This document shows positions 19,665 to 31,352 of a DNA stretch of 64,000 bases, one piece after another. Position 1 is the first letter of the stretch. Every line of letters starts with the position of its first letter. Below the pieces are notes generated by a model that saw only the letters and a list, made by a program, of their open reading frames with translations, did no database searches and was not told where the DNA came from. The position numbers and the translations under genes were made by a program. This DNA comes from an uncultured Pelagibacteraceae bacterium (GTDB lineage Bacteria; Pseudomonadota; Alphaproteobacteria; Pelagibacterales; Pelagibacteraceae): positions 21,179 to 85,178 of the forward strand of contig CACPEJ010000001.1 in NCBI GenBank assembly GCA_902632935.1. The letters run 5' to 3'.

Positions 19665-22094
19665 CTAGTTTGCAAATTTTTGTTCAATACCAGTCAAAGG
19701 AATTAATTTTATACTTAGCATAAAATCTTCTGATGGTTCCAAATCTTTATCTTTATAGTAAGTTTTATTGTATTTTAAACCTGCAACTAAACAATCATTT
19801 TTATATTCATAGATAAGATCATAATATTCAGTTAAATCAATTTCTCTATTATTTCTTGTTTTGAATGTTATATGATTTTGTTCATCAAAACTAAAAGTCG
19901 TTACATTTTCCAAAATATTTGTACTACCAATAACTCCATTTTCTTCAATATAATTGAATTTAGTAACAAAATTATTTTTGCTAAAGGATGTGCCCAAAGA
20001 ATTATATTGAATTTCATCTAAACCATTATTGATTGAGAATTCATACTTTAAAGTCATATTGTCGTTAAGATTATTTGTTATTGAACCAAAGTAATTTGAT
20101 CTTTTTTTATCAATAGTACTATTAGAGGGTATATTTCTATTAGATTTATTTCTTAATACAGTACCAAGTTTCAACTCAAAATATTTGTTTATATTATCAA
20201 TTTTCTCTTTTTTATATTCCAATCCTAATGTTAAATTTTCCCCAGCCTCAAGTGTATCAATGAGACCAAGTCTATTTACATTAAATATATTATCATTATT
20301 AATTCGCCTATTTTGATTTTTATAATTCTTCATGCTTGATGGGTTTATTCTGAAAGATGCTTTTGGATTTAAATAATTGACATAATCTTGGTTTTTATGG
20401 ATTAATGGAAAACTTGAAACAAACTCAAAAATATTCATTAATTTAACATCTGGACTAGAATCATACTCAGAATTATTTTTTCCAGAGAAAATTGTATTTT
20501 TTAAATAATAATTAAAATTATTTTTTGTTCCAATTTTTGAATAATAATCATAACTTTTAATATTCAAATTATTAATCATTCTTGATCTAAGACTATTTGT
20601 ATCTTTTAAGATATTATCTCCTTGAGAAATTAAATCGAAAGAAGCAAAATTATTTGTATCTAAAAAACTTTTATAGAAGTCGAAGTAAGGCAAAACATAT
20701 TGGTAACGATCACTATTTTGTTTAGAGAGATCCTCATAGGCAGAAAAGCCAGTGGACAATGCAAATTTCTCATTTTCTAGATTTAAATCTACATCAGAGG
20801 TTAAAGTGTCGAAATTATCAGGTTTAATGTCTGTATCTACTATGTTAGTATCAAAAATCTTTAAATAGCTATCATTATTAACTTTTTGTAATGAAACATT
20901 AAGTGAGCTCTCATTAAAATTTTGAAAATTAAGATCCATTTGATACTTCGAGAAGAAATGGGTTAAAGTATTTTTCTCTTTTGATTTTTTTGATTTATAG
21001 CCATCAACAATATTAAAGTCAGTTATGAGGAATGAATTCTTATTCTGTTGTCTATATTCATTTTGAAACATATAAATGTCTTTATCAAACAATGATGGTT
21101 TAAATGTAAAGTCTTTGTTTTCAGATAAAGCATAAAAATAAGGTATTTGTATCGAAGAACCTAAAATATTAGAACTTTTAATGTGTGGAACTAAAAAACC
21201 AGATTGTCTCTTCACAGTTGGTCCTGGGTGAAAAAATTTTGGAAAATATAATAGAGGAATATCATATATCTTTAATAAAGCATTATCATAAATCATTTGT
21301 TTTTTATTTTTATCGTAAGTTATTTTATCAGCGAGAATAGTCCATGGTGGACAATTGTCATTTTTTTTACAGCTTGTAAATACACCTTTATTAATTGTTG
21401 TGATACCATCTCTACTTGAAGAGGATAGGCCTTTCAATCTAGGATCATTTTTTTTATTACCAAATATATCTTTCTTCAATTCAATATTTATATCTTGAGC
21501 TGTATAATTTTGATTATTTAGATCAAAAACTGCACTTTTAAAAAAATATTTGTCACTAAAGGGTTGATTGTATTTTGTGTTAATAAAAATTTTTTCCCCT
21601 TTCAAAATTTTATCTTTTAGAGAATAACTAAATTTTCCAATTTCATATCGAGTTTGATTGTCATTATCCAAGATTATTCCACCAACGTCAGAACTAATCA
21701 TCATTTCATTTCTTAATATAATAATATTTTCTGTTTGAAATTTGAAACTAGATTCAACTAGCGCTTCTGAATTACCTTCAATAAAAATTTTTTCTATTTT
21801 TTTATCATAAAAAATTTTCTGTGCAGAAAAGCTATAATCATTTGGTTGATCTTTAATCTTAATATTTCCTTGTGCTTTAAGAATATTCTTAATTTTGTTA
21901 AATTCAAATTCGTCTGCTTCAATAGTAATACCATTATTAGTAGTTATAGTGCCCCTTTTTTTTCCAATTACCCTATCACCCCCATCTAAAATTTCTATTT
22001 CCGAAACATCAAAATTAATTTGATCATTACTATAAGCGTTAAAAAAAAATGAATTAAAGATTATCAAAATTATGAATATAATTTTATTTTTCAT
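19665..22094 (-). CDS. lptD: LPS assembly protein LptD
   Basis: FTSC..CPPW, RQSGFL and C-terminal YKNDCL motifs; lptF-lptG-lptD-surA order. Confidence 0.92.
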   Translation of the reverse strand: MKNKIIFIILIIFNSFFFNAYSNDQINFDVSEIEILDGGDRVIGKKRGTITTNNGITIEADEFEFNKIKNILKAQGNIKIKDQPNDYSFSAQKIFYDKKIEKIFIEGNSEALVESSFKFQTENIIILRNEMMISSDVGGIILDNDNQTRYEIGKFSYSLKDKILKGEKIFINTKYNQPFSDKYFFKSAVFDLNNQNYTAQDINIELKKDIFGNKKNDPRLKGLSSSSRDGITTINKGVFTSCKKNDNCPPWTILADKITYDKNKKQMIYDNALLKIYDIPLLYFPKFFHPGPTVKRQSGFLVPHIKSSNILGSSIQIPYFYALSENKDFTFKPSLFDKDIYMFQNEYRQQNKNSFLITDFNIVDGYKSKKSKEKNTLTHFFSKYQMDLNFQNFNESSLNVSLQKVNNDSYLKIFDTNIVDTDIKPDNFDTLTSDVDLNLENEKFALSTGFSAYEDLSKQNSDRYQYVLPYFDFYKSFLDTNNFASFDLISQGDNILKDTNSLRSRMINNLNIKSYDYYSKIGTKNNFNYYLKNTIFSGKNNSEYDSSPDVKLMNIFEFVSSFPLIHKNQDYVNYLNPKASFRINPSSMKNYKNQNRRINNDNIFNVNRLGLIDTLEAGENLTLGLEYKKEKIDNINKYFELKLGTVLRNKSNRNIPSNSTIDKKRSNYFGSITNNLNDNMTLKYEFSINNGLDEIQYNSLGTSFSKNNFVTKFNYIEENGVIGSTNILENVTTFSFDEQNHITFKTRNNREIDLTEYYDLIYEYKNDCLVAGLKYNKTYYKDKDLEPSEDFMLSIKLIPLTGIEQKFAN

Positions 22095-23157
22095 TTATAT
22101 TTCTCATTAAAAAAGTGTTAATTATAGTCAATATTATTAATGGAATTATGATTGAGCTAATTACATTTATTTTTTCAGAAGTTCCTAAGATATAAAAGAA
22201 ATTATTAATATAATATATTATAACTGATAAAAAAAGCCCCATAATTATTTTAAGGCTTTTACTTTTAAAAGTTTTTGTATTCATCATAATTACTGCTGAA
22301 AAAATAAACATTAAGATAAAATAAAAAGGAAATAAAATTAATTTTAAAAGCTGAAGATCTATCTCTGTTAAAGAATAATTGAGTTTTTTGTAATTCTCTC
22401 TCATTTCTATAAGCTCTAAGAGCGAAAGTGAAGACATATTAGAAAATAAATTTTGAATTAACTCGTAATCAAAATTAGTTTTTAATTTTAAACTTTTAAC
22501 AATATTCTTGTTATTTTGAACATAAATTTCAGCATCGTTAATCACCCATTCTTTATTTGTAATATCTATTTTTTTACTTTTAATATTTCTAATGATCTCA
22601 AAATTTTTATCAAATTCAGAAATGTAGGTATTTAGAAGTTCATTTTTATTAAATGAGCTTGCATTTATCATAAGAATATTTTCATTATATATATCTTTGA
22701 TCCATAAACCATTATTAGTTATAACAGCAAGGTATTTCTTATCCTCAGTATAGTTTGATTTTAATCCAAGATATAAATTTTTAAGATTTGATGATAAATT
22801 ATAAAAAACTGAAATTAAGAAAATACCAATAAAAAAAGTTGTAATGGCTAAGATTGAAAATATTCTAGTATTTTTGAGTCCAGAATATTTAAAAATATTA
22901 ATTTCATTGTCTGTAAGTAAATTGTTAAAAAAAAATTGGGTTGATATTAAAAAAATAAATGGAAACATTTCAAAAACAAGAATTGGAGTATTAATAAGTG
23001 ATAAATACAATGGAAAGTAACTTTCTACATCTGTTTTTTTAAAAAACTCTAGTTCTGTGAGAAGATTCAGTAAATATATTAAACAAAAAAAAATAAAAAA
23101 AACATTAAAAAAAGATAGCAAGTATGTTCTGATCAAAAATTTTGTATAAGTGTTCAT
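22084..23157 (-). CDS. lptG: LPS export ABC permease LptG
   Basis: YjgP/YjgQ topology with NEINIFKYSG and GLWIKD motifs. Confidence 0.85.
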   Translation of the reverse strand: MNTYTKFLIRTYLLSFFNVFFIFFCLIYLLNLLTELEFFKKTDVESYFPLYLSLINTPILVFEMFPFIFLISTQFFFNNLLTDNEINIFKYSGLKNTRIFSILAITTFFIGIFLISVFYNLSSNLKNLYLGLKSNYTEDKKYLAVITNNGLWIKDIYNENILMINASSFNKNELLNTYISEFDKNFEIIRNIKSKKIDITNKEWVINDAEIYVQNNKNIVKSLKLKTNFDYELIQNLFSNMSSLSLLELIEMRENYKKLNYSLTEIDLQLLKLILFPFYFILMFIFSAVIMMNTKTFKSKSLKIIMGLFLSVIIYYINNFFYILGTSEKINVISSIIIPLIILTIINTFLMRNINEK

Positions 23158-24290
23158 TTCAAAATTTCCATACTTTTGAATTTAATTAAATAATTTAAAT
23201 AAAGAATAATAACTAATATAATTGGTATTACAAAAATTTTTAAATTTTTTATAAAATCTTCATTGATTAATCTTATTGTCATTTCTGAGAGGATTATTAT
23301 GCTAAAACCAACTAGGAAAATCAAAATTCTGTACCTTGAATAATTGATATTTTCTTTTGATTTAAAAATCAGTAATAAAGAAATGAGTATTAAAACTGGA
23401 ATATATAAAGGGATGATAACTCTTTTATATAGTTCCTTAATTATATTATCTATATTTTCAGATCTACAATTTTCAACTTCAAAATTTTCATTAATGTTTA
23501 AAAAGTTTAAGTTCATTAAATTATGATAACATTTAACAAGATCTGTTGTTGCTACTTCTTGAGTCTTTTTATATGTAGTAGTATTATCTTCAAAATTACT
23601 TAAGTTAAAATCTGTTTTTTTAAATTTAAAATTGGTTATCTTGTCATTAATTACACTGATTGTTTCACCAAAATTTAATTCTAAAAATTGATTCTTGCCT
23701 ATTTGTTTAAATCGCCCTTCTTTTGCAAAAGTTATTTGAAAATTATCTCCAGATCCTTTTTTAAGATAAATCTCTTTTAAATTTCCAAATTCATCTTTTG
23801 AATTACTATAAATTGTTAAATTTTTCACTGCATCATTAAATATTTTAGGTTTAATGAAATTCTCTAAATAATTTATTGATGAGGCTCTTAAAAAAGATCT
23901 AGCCAAATCTTGTGTTTTTGGAACTATAAAAGCAGTAAGAAATATTTGTAAAAGCATTATTAAAAATGAGAATTTTACAAAAAAATTAATAAGGTCAATT
24001 TTGTTAATTCCAAAATTCCAAAATATGATTAATTCATTTTTTAATTCATACTTTCCAATAACGAAAATAAAGCTGAAGAATAAGACAAAAGGAACTAATT
24101 TGCTTAAAATTTTTGGAAAGTTTAGTATAGAAAAGTTAAGATAAACTAGATAATTTCGACCATCTTCAACAATAATATCCAAGAAATTTACAGCTTGAAA
24201 TACCCATATAATAGTGCCAATGGAGAAAAGAGATATCAGAAAAAAAAATAAACAGTCAAATAATAATTTTCTGAACAAAATTTTTTTCAT
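23154..24290 (-). CDS. lptF: LPS export ABC permease LptF
   Basis: YjgP/YjgQ topology with NELIIFWNFG motif; divergent from pepA. Confidence 0.85.
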   Translation of the reverse strand: MKKILFRKLLFDCLFFFLISLFSIGTIIWVFQAVNFLDIIVEDGRNYLVYLNFSILNFPKILSKLVPFVLFFSFIFVIGKYELKNELIIFWNFGINKIDLINFFVKFSFLIMLLQIFLTAFIVPKTQDLARSFLRASSINYLENFIKPKIFNDAVKNLTIYSNSKDEFGNLKEIYLKKGSGDNFQITFAKEGRFKQIGKNQFLELNFGETISVINDKITNFKFKKTDFNLSNFEDNTTTYKKTQEVATTDLVKCYHNLMNLNFLNINENFEVENCRSENIDNIIKELYKRVIIPLYIPVLILISLLLIFKSKENINYSRYRILIFLVGFSIIILSEMTIRLINEDFIKNLKIFVIPIILVIILYLNYLIKFKSMEILK

Positions 24291-24372
24291 TGAATTCTAT
24301 CAAAATATATTTATATATTTTCAACTATTAGTTTACAATTTAAATACAACTCAAAGTACATATATATAAAAA

Positions 24373-25842
24373 ATGTCAATAAAAATAACCATTAGAAATA
24401 GTTTAAATCTCAAATCTGTTAAAAATCATGTATTTTTCACTAATAAAGATTTTCAAATAAGCCAAATTAGTAAACTTCCAATATCTGAATTTTCTAGTTT
24501 TATAAATAAGTCACTAAAATCAAATAAGTTAGATAACCAAAATTTTTTATCGTTAGATATTAATGCCTCTCAAAAAGTTATTTTGATAAAAATTAAAGAT
24601 GGTCAACGCCAACTAGACATTGAAAAAATTGGAGCAAAATTTTATAATTATTTAAAATCAAATTTGTATGTAAAAACAAATTTTTATGAGCAAAATATAA
24701 GAAGTACTTTTCCTAACAATAAATTCTTTTTTGATCAATTTGCACAAGGTCTCCAATTAAAATCATACGAATTCAATAAATATAAATCTAAAAGTACAGA
24801 AAAAAAATTCTATTTAGAGGTTTTAAACAAAAACAAAAATTTCCAATTTAATAAAAATAAGAAGTATAAATCTTTGATAGAAGGCACAAATTTAACAAAA
24901 GATCTTGTTTCAGAACCTGGAAATATTCTTCATCCAGATGAATATGCAAAAAGATTATTACAGCTCAGAAAATTAGGTCTTAAAGTGAACGTCTTTGATA
25001 AAAAGAAATTAAAAAAGCTTGGTATGAATGCACTTCTGGGTGTAGGACAAGGTAGTATAAGAGGGTCTTATCTTGTTACTTTAGAGTGGAAAGGGGCTAA
25101 AGCAAAAAAGAAACCTTTAGCATTTGTTGGAAAAGGAGTTTGTTTTGACACCGGTGGTATTTCTCTTAAGCCTGCAAAATTCATGGAAGATATGACTTAT
25201 GATATGGCTGGATCTGCCGTTGTTGTAGGTTTGATGAAAAATCTTGCATTAAGAAAAGCAAAAATAAATGCAATTGGAGTTGTAGGACTTGTTGAAAATA
25301 TGCCTGGTGGTAATGCTCAAAGACCCGGTGATATAGTGAAATCTTATAGTGGAAAGACAATTGAAGTTTTAAATACAGATGCTGAAGGAAGATTAGTTTT
25401 AGCCGATGCGCTTACTTACACAGAAATAAAATATAAGCCTGAATTCATTGTTGATTTAGCAACTTTAACAGGAGCAATTATAGTTTCTTTGGGTTCTGAA
25501 TTTGCAGGTCTTTTTTCAAATAATGATAAGTTGTCCAAACAATTATTTGATGCAGGTCAGAAAGTTGGAGAGAGAGTATGGAGAATGCCACTTGATAGAA
25601 ATTATGACAAATTAATTAATTCTAAAAATGCTGATATGCAAAATATTAATTATGTTGGAGGCGCTGGCTCAACTACTGCAGCACAATTTTTACAGAGATT
25701 CATTCTTAATAAAACTCCTTGGGCACATTTAGATATTGCAGGTATGGCATTTTCGAAATATGGAGGTGCTTTAAACTCTGAGGGTGCAACTGGATTTGGA
25801 GTTAGATTATTAAATCAATTAATTGAAGATTATTATGAGTAA
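24373..25842 (+). CDS. pepA: Leucyl aminopeptidase (M17)
   Basis: [23 protein letters not shown] and ATLTG motifs. Confidence 0.97.
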   Translation: MSIKITIRNSLNLKSVKNHVFFTNKDFQISQISKLPISEFSSFINKSLKSNKLDNQNFLSLDINASQKVILIKIKDGQRQLDIEKIGAKFYNYLKSNLYVKTNFYEQNIRSTFPNNKFFFDQFAQGLQLKSYEFNKYKSKSTEKKFYLEVLNKNKNFQFNKNKKYKSLIEGTNLTKDLVSEPGNILHPDEYAKRLLQLRKLGLKVNVFDKKKLKKLGMNALLGVGQGSIRGSYLVTLEWKGAKAKKKPLAFVGKGVCFDTGGISLKPAKFMEDMTYDMAGSAVVVGLMKNLALRKAKINAIGVVGLVENMPGGNAQRPGDIVKSYSGKTIEVLNTDAEGRLVLADALTYTEIKYKPEFIVDLATLTGAIIVSLGSEFAGLFSNNDKLSKQLFDAGQKVGERVWRMPLDRNYDKLINSKNADMQNINYVGGAGSTTAAQFLQRFILNKTPWAHLDIAGMAFSKYGGALNSEGATGFGVRLLNQLIEDYYE

Positions 25843-26245
25843 TACTGAGCAAACTTTATCAATCATTAAACCAGATGCAGTAGAAAGAAACCTGGATAAT
25901 GAAATTAAACAAATATTTATAAAAAATGGATTTAATATATTTAAAGAAAAAAAAATCCAGATAGAAAAATCAGAGGCTGAAAAATTTTATAAAGTTCATG
26001 AGACAAAACCATTTTATAGTGATTTATGCTCATATCTATCTTCTGGTCCAATTGTTGCAATGATACTCGAGAAAAAAAATGCTGTAGCTGACAATAGAAA
26101 ATTAATGGGAGCAACTAATCCTAAAGACGCAGAGGAAGGAACAATCAGAAAAAAATATGGAATTTCAATAGATAAAAATTCAGTACATGGTTCTGATAGT
26201 GTCGAAAATGCAAAAATTGAAATTGATTTTTTCTTTAAAGATTAA
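25835..26245 (+). CDS. ndk: Nucleoside diphosphate kinase
   Basis: [11 protein letters not shown] and NSVHGSDS motifs; likely start ATG 25835. Confidence 0.97.
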   Translation: MSNTEQTLSIIKPDAVERNLDNEIKQIFIKNGFNIFKEKKIQIEKSEAEKFYKVHETKPFYSDLCSYLSSGPIVAMILEKKNAVADNRKLMGATNPKDAEEGTIRKKYGISIDKNSVHGSDSVENAKIEIDFFFKD

Positions 26246-26819
26246 CAAATATCTTGCTTATAGCTTTTGGATATAAAATATGTTCATGTTTTAATATTTT
26301 CTTTTGAAGAGATGAGGGTGTTTCTTCTTTTGATAATTTGACTTTTTTTTGAAGAATTATCTTTCCTGAGTCAAGTTTTGAGTTTACAAAATGTACTGTA
26401 CATCCTGAGTATTTTTCTTTGTTTTGAATTGCTCTATGGTGTGTGTTTAATCCTTTATATTTTGGTAATAAAGAGGGATGTATATTCAAAATTTTTCCTT
26501 TAAAATTACCTATAAAATCTTTAGATAAAATTTTCATAAACCCAGCGAGACATATGAGTTGAATGTCATTTGACTTTAAGTCTTTTAATATTATTTTTTC
26601 TGAGATTTTTTTTTTATCATAGTTATAAACTTTTTTTTTAATTTTATACAGTTTTGCAAATTTAAGGCCTTTTGCTTTTGCATTATTTGAAATAATTAAA
26701 ATTATTTTAATTGGAGATTTTTTTTTTAATGAAAATTTTATTAAATTCTTTAAATTACTTCCTGTTCCAGAAATAAAAACTGCAGTTCTTATTTTTTTAG
26801 GACCAATTGATTTTACCAT
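26235..26819 (-). CDS. purN: Phosphoribosylglycinamide formyltransferase
   Basis: ISGTGSN, LAGFMKIL, NIHPSLLP and GCTVH motifs. Confidence 0.97.
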   Translation of the reverse strand: MVKSIGPKKIRTAVFISGTGSNLKNLIKFSLKKKSPIKIILIISNNAKAKGLKFAKLYKIKKKVYNYDKKKISEKIILKDLKSNDIQLICLAGFMKILSKDFIGNFKGKILNIHPSLLPKYKGLNTHHRAIQNKEKYSGCTVHFVNSKLDSGKIILQKKVKLSKEETPSSLQKKILKHEHILYPKAISKIFVNL

Positions 26820-27825
26820 TAAATTTTATTTTTTTTGAATTTTTCGATATTTTGCCAATCACATAAGGTTTATATTCTTTAGAAAAAAATTTATTAATTT
26901 TTTTTAAATTTCTTGGATTAATGATTAAACAAAAACCAACACCACAATTAAAAGTTTTTAACATTTCGTAGTCATTTACATCACTTTTTTTCAACCATTT
27001 AAAAATTTTAAGGGGTTTTATCTTTTCTAAATCAATTTCTGCACAAAGATTATTTGGAATAGCTCTTTTAATATTGTCTGGTAAACCTCCACCAGTAATA
27101 TTTGCACAACCATTTATTAGCTTCCTATTTATGAGATTTAAGATTTCTTTAACATAAATCTTTGTTGGTTTTAGCAACTCTTTTTTTAAAAAAATATTTT
27201 TATTTATTGATATGTTTTTTCTTTTAATAATATTTCTTACTAGTGAGTAACCATTTGAATGCAACCCACTTGATGGAATAGCTAGAATAAGGTTATTTTC
27301 TTTGATATCATTTTTGTTTAAAATTTTTTTTTGTTCAACTAACCCAACTGCAAAACCGGCAATATCAAATTTATTTTTTTCATATGTACCAGGCATTTCG
27401 GCTGTTTCACCACCAACTAAATCACAACCAGATATATTACATCCTTTGACAATTCCTTTAATAATTGATTTTAGTTTTGGTAAATCAATTTTGTTTATCG
27501 AAATATAATCTAAGAAAAAAAGGGGGGTTGCACCTTGGACTATTAAATCGTTTACACTCATCGCAACCAAATCGATACCAATAGTATCAAATTTTTTTAA
27601 GAGATTTGCTATTTCTACTTTAGTACCAACACCATCAGTGCATGCTACAATTTTTGGATTTTTTAAATTGTTGGGAATATTTGTTATAGAACCAAAACCA
27701 CCTATGTTATTAAACTTTTTTTTGCCCTTTTTTTTTGATGAAATCGAAGATATGAATTTTATAAACTTATCTGCAGCCTTAATATCAACTCCGCTTTTTT
27801 TGTATGTTAATAGATTTATATTCAT
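26797..27825 (-). CDS. purM: AIR synthetase
   Basis: TDGVGTK, GGETAEMP, SSGLHSNG and TFNCGVG motifs. Confidence 0.97.
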   Translation of the reverse strand: MNINLLTYKKSGVDIKAADKFIKFISSISSKKKGKKKFNNIGGFGSITNIPNNLKNPKIVACTDGVGTKVEIANLLKKFDTIGIDLVAMSVNDLIVQGATPLFFLDYISINKIDLPKLKSIIKGIVKGCNISGCDLVGGETAEMPGTYEKNKFDIAGFAVGLVEQKKILNKNDIKENNLILAIPSSGLHSNGYSLVRNIIKRKNISINKNIFLKKELLKPTKIYVKEILNLINRKLINGCANITGGGLPDNIKRAIPNNLCAEIDLEKIKPLKIFKWLKKSDVNDYEMLKTFNCGVGFCLIINPRNLKKINKFFSKEYKPYVIGKISKNSKKIKFNGKINWS

Positions 27826-27836
27826 TATTATAAAGT

Positions 27837-28913
27837 ATGATAATTAGATTTAAAAATTTTACACATTTTTTATATATTTTTTTTGCATTTCTATCTTTAA
27901 ATATATTTTTTTTTTCCACAGATAAAGTGGAGGCAAAATCTTTTGATGTAAATAATATTGAAATTTCAAAGCCGTTTGAAATAAATTTTGATAAAAATAA
28001 GGTTATAGATGAAGGTTTTATTAAAGCTTTCGCTAGATTAATCTCAACTATTACAGTTTCTTCAGATCAAGAAATAATTAAAGGAATAAAATTAGCTGAG
28101 ATAAAAGGAATGATAGAGTCTTTTTCTGTAAAAGAGGAAAAGTTTATTGATGAGACTTATTATGTAAATTTGGGTGTCGCTTTTAACAAAAAAAAAATTT
28201 TCAATTACTTAGAAAATAAAAATGTGTTCCCATCAGTTCCAAATAGAAAAAAATTCTTATTGTTTCCGATTATAATAGAAGAAAAAAATGACAATTTAAT
28301 AGCCTTTTCAGAAAATAACTTATTTAACAATTGGAATAAGCATAATAAAAAATCACATCTTCTCGAGTATCTTTTGCCAACTGAAGATCTAGAAGATTTA
28401 AATCTCATAAAAAAAAATTACGAGACAATTGAAAAATATAATTTCAAAGAGATTACCAGGAAATATAATTTAGATGACTCAATTGTAACTTTAGTTTTTA
28501 AAAATAATAATAACGTAAGAATTTTATCAAGAATTACAATCGAGGACAAAGTAGTTTTAAAAAATCTCTCATTTTCTGATATAAATTTTGATGATGAAGA
28601 CGATATTATAAATTTAATAGATAAATTAAAAATAATTTACGAAGATCATTGGAAAATTTTTAATAGAATTAATACCTCAATTAAACTTCCAATATTTGTC
28701 AAATTAGATTCTGATGATAATTTGAAAGTTTCAAATTTTGAGAAAATATTAAATGAGATAAATTTAGTATATGACTATTTTGTTTTAAAATTTGATAAAA
28801 ATCATATTTATTATCAAATTGTTTTTAATGGTACCCCAAATATATTTTTAAAATTAATGAAAGATAAAAATTTTGTTTTTAGCACTCAGAATAAGACATG
28901 GATTTTACAATGA
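27837..28913 (+). CDS. Exported/membrane-anchored protein, DUF2066-like
   Basis: N-terminal hydrophobic segment; divergent from purM and upstream of hda, the usual proteobacterial position. Confidence 0.65.
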   Translation: MIIRFKNFTHFLYIFFAFLSLNIFFFSTDKVEAKSFDVNNIEISKPFEINFDKNKVIDEGFIKAFARLISTITVSSDQEIIKGIKLAEIKGMIESFSVKEEKFIDETYYVNLGVAFNKKKIFNYLENKNVFPSVPNRKKFLLFPIIIEEKNDNLIAFSENNLFNNWNKHNKKSHLLEYLLPTEDLEDLNLIKKNYETIEKYNFKEITRKYNLDDSIVTLVFKNNNNVRILSRITIEDKVVLKNLSFSDINFDDEDDIINLIDKLKIIYEDHWKIFNRINTSIKLPIFVKLDSDDNLKVSNFEKILNEINLVYDYFVLKFDKNHIYYQIVFNGTPNIFLKLMKDKNFVFSTQNKTWILQ

Positions 28914-29572
28914 AAGATATAGATCAAGAAATTATCAAATTTAATTATGATGGTAATTTTAAAGAAGATGATTTTTATGTATCAAAAAGCAATAAACAAA
29001 TATTTGATTTATTAAACAAATGGCCTAAATGGGAAAAAAATTTTCTCAATATAAGCGGTGAAAAATTTTCTGGAAAGACACATTTAATTAATATTTTTTT
29101 AAAAAAATATAAAGGAACTAAAATTGAAGCTAATTTACTATGTGATAATGATTTTAAAAAAATAAAAATCTTTCAAAATATTATTTTAGAAAATGTGTCT
29201 GAAAAGATAAATGAAAATTTATTTTTTACCCTGTGTAATATTGTTGAACAAGATAACAAATATCTAATAGTTACCTCTGAAAGTTCTATAGTAAGTATTG
29301 ATTTTAAGTTGAATGATTTAAAATCAAGATCAAAAAATTTTTTACTTCAAAATATTGATAAACCCGATGATGAACTTTTATTCGCACTAATTTTAAAAAA
29401 TTTATCTGATCGTCAAATATCAATAGATAAAAAATTAATTGACTATATTATTAAAAGAATTGATAGATCATATGGAAAAATAGTTGATTTTATATATAAA
29501 ATCGATGAATTAAGTTTAAAAAAAAAAAGATCTATAAATTTAAGTACAATTAAAGAAGTATTGGGAGAATAA
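28898..29572 (+). CDS. hda: DnaA regulatory inactivator Hda/HdaA-like AAA+ protein
   Basis: DDFYVSKSN, Walker A GEKFSGKTHL, DLKSR and RIDRS motifs. Alternative start at 28910. Confidence 0.8.
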   Translation: MDFTMKDIDQEIIKFNYDGNFKEDDFYVSKSNKQIFDLLNKWPKWEKNFLNISGEKFSGKTHLINIFLKKYKGTKIEANLLCDNDFKKIKIFQNIILENVSEKINENLFFTLCNIVEQDNKYLIVTSESSIVSIDFKLNDLKSRSKNFLLQNIDKPDDELLFALILKNLSDRQISIDKKLIDYIIKRIDRSYGKIVDFIYKIDELSLKKKRSINLSTIKEVLGE

Positions 29573-31351
29573 TTGAATAAATATAGAAGTCACAATTGTA
29601 ACGAACTTAGAAAAAAAAATGTCGGGAGTAATATTTTACTTTCAGGTTGGATTAATAAGAAACGTGATCATGGAAATCTCTTATTTTTAGATTTACGTGA
29701 TAACTATGGCATCACACAATGTATAGTAGACAAAGAAAATAAAAACTTCAAAGATTTAGAAAAATTACAACTTGAAACAGTTATTAATGTAGAGGGTAAA
29801 GTAGTTGATAGATCAACTGATACAATCAATAAAGAGATAGAAACAGGAGAGATCGAAGTCACTATCGAAAATTTTGTTGTTTTGGGTAAGTGCAAAGAAT
29901 TGCCAATGCCTATTTTTAGTGATCAAGAATATTCTGAAGAAATTAGATTAAAATATAGATATCTAGATTTAAGAAGAAAAAAAATTCATGAAAATATTAT
30001 TTTGAGATCAAAAGTTATATCGTTTATCAGAAACGAAATGAATAAATTTGGTTTCTTAGAGTTTCAAACACCAATATTAACTTCATCTAGTCCTGAGGGA
30101 GCTAGAGATTTTCTTGTGCCAAGTAGATTGAATCCAGGTAAGTTTTATGCTTTGCCGCAGGCACCGCAACAATTTAAGCAACTCATAATGGTCTCAGGTT
30201 TTGATAAATATTTTCAAATCGCCCCATGTTTTAGAGATGAAGATGCTCGTGCTGATCGAAGTCCAGGAGAGTTTTATCAGTTAGATTTAGAGATGTCTTT
30301 TGTTGAGCAAGAGGATGTTTTCAAAGTCGTTGAACAATTATTAATTAACACCTTTAAAAAATTCTCAAAAAAAAAAATTATGACAGAAAAATTTCCAAGA
30401 ATTACTTATAGAGATGCTCTTTTAAAGTATGGAAGTGATAAACCTGATCTTAGAAATCCATTGATAATTGAAGACATAACAGAAACTTTTAAAAGAGAGG
30501 ACGTTTCTTTTGATATCTTTAAAAAACTTGTGAAGTCTGGCTCAAAAGTAAGATGTATTGTTACTCAGAATACGAAAGATAAACCAAGAAGCTTCTTTGA
30601 TAATATTGATAGATGGGCTAAAGACGAGGGAGCTTCTGGATTAGCTTATTTTACTATTGAAAATGGTATTTCTGCAAAAGGACCAGTAGGTAAATTTTTT
30701 TCAAAAGAGTCTTTAGAGGAAATCATGAAAAAAACAAGCGCAAAAGTTGGAGATAGTGTATTTATGGCTTGTAGTAAAAAAAAGGATTTAGAGCGAATAA
30801 CTAGTTTGGCTAGAGATAAAATTGCAAAAGACTTAAATTTAATAGATGATAATGTTTTTGCATTTTGTTGGGTAGTTGATTATCCAATGTTTGAAAAAAA
30901 CGATCAAACAAATAAAATTGAATTTAGTCACAATCCTTTTTCGATGCCGCAAGGAGATACTAAAAAACTTAATTTTGAAAAACCTTTGGACATGTTAGCC
31001 TATCAGTACGATATAGTATGTAATGGGATTGAACTTTCATCTGGTGCTATAAGAAATCATATTCCTGAACTTATGTATAAATTATTTGCTATTGCAGGTT
31101 ATAATAAAGATCAAGTTGACGAAAAATTTAGTGGAATGATTAATGCTTTAAGCTATGGTGCACCACCGCATGGGGGAATTGCTCCTGGAATTGATAGAAT
31201 AATAATGCTTTTGGCAAATGAAAAAAATATTAGGGAAGTAACTATGTTTCCCATGAATCAAAACGCTCAAGATTTAATGATGAATGCTCCATCATCAATA
31301 GATGAGAATCAATTAAAGGAGCTTAATCTAGCTCTCAAAATAAAAAAATAG
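29573..31351 (+). CDS. aspS: Aspartate--tRNA ligase
   Basis: YRSHNC, RDHG, PEGARDFLVPSR, CFRDED and GAPPHGG motifs; TTG start. Confidence 0.98.
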   Translation: MNKYRSHNCNELRKKNVGSNILLSGWINKKRDHGNLLFLDLRDNYGITQCIVDKENKNFKDLEKLQLETVINVEGKVVDRSTDTINKEIETGEIEVTIENFVVLGKCKELPMPIFSDQEYSEEIRLKYRYLDLRRKKIHENIILRSKVISFIRNEMNKFGFLEFQTPILTSSSPEGARDFLVPSRLNPGKFYALPQAPQQFKQLIMVSGFDKYFQIAPCFRDEDARADRSPGEFYQLDLEMSFVEQEDVFKVVEQLLINTFKKFSKKKIMTEKFPRITYRDALLKYGSDKPDLRNPLIIEDITETFKREDVSFDIFKKLVKSGSKVRCIVTQNTKDKPRSFFDNIDRWAKDEGASGLAYFTIENGISAKGPVGKFFSKESLEEIMKKTSAKVGDSVFMACSKKKDLERITSLARDKIAKDLNLIDDNVFAFCWVVDYPMFEKNDQTNKIEFSHNPFSMPQGDTKKLNFEKPLDMLAYQYDIVCNGIELSSGAIRNHIPELMYKLFAIAGYNKDQVDEKFSGMINALSYGAPPHGGIAPGIDRIIMLLANEKNIREVTMFPMNQNAQDLMMNAPSSIDENQLKELNLALKIKK

Positions 31352-31352
31352 A

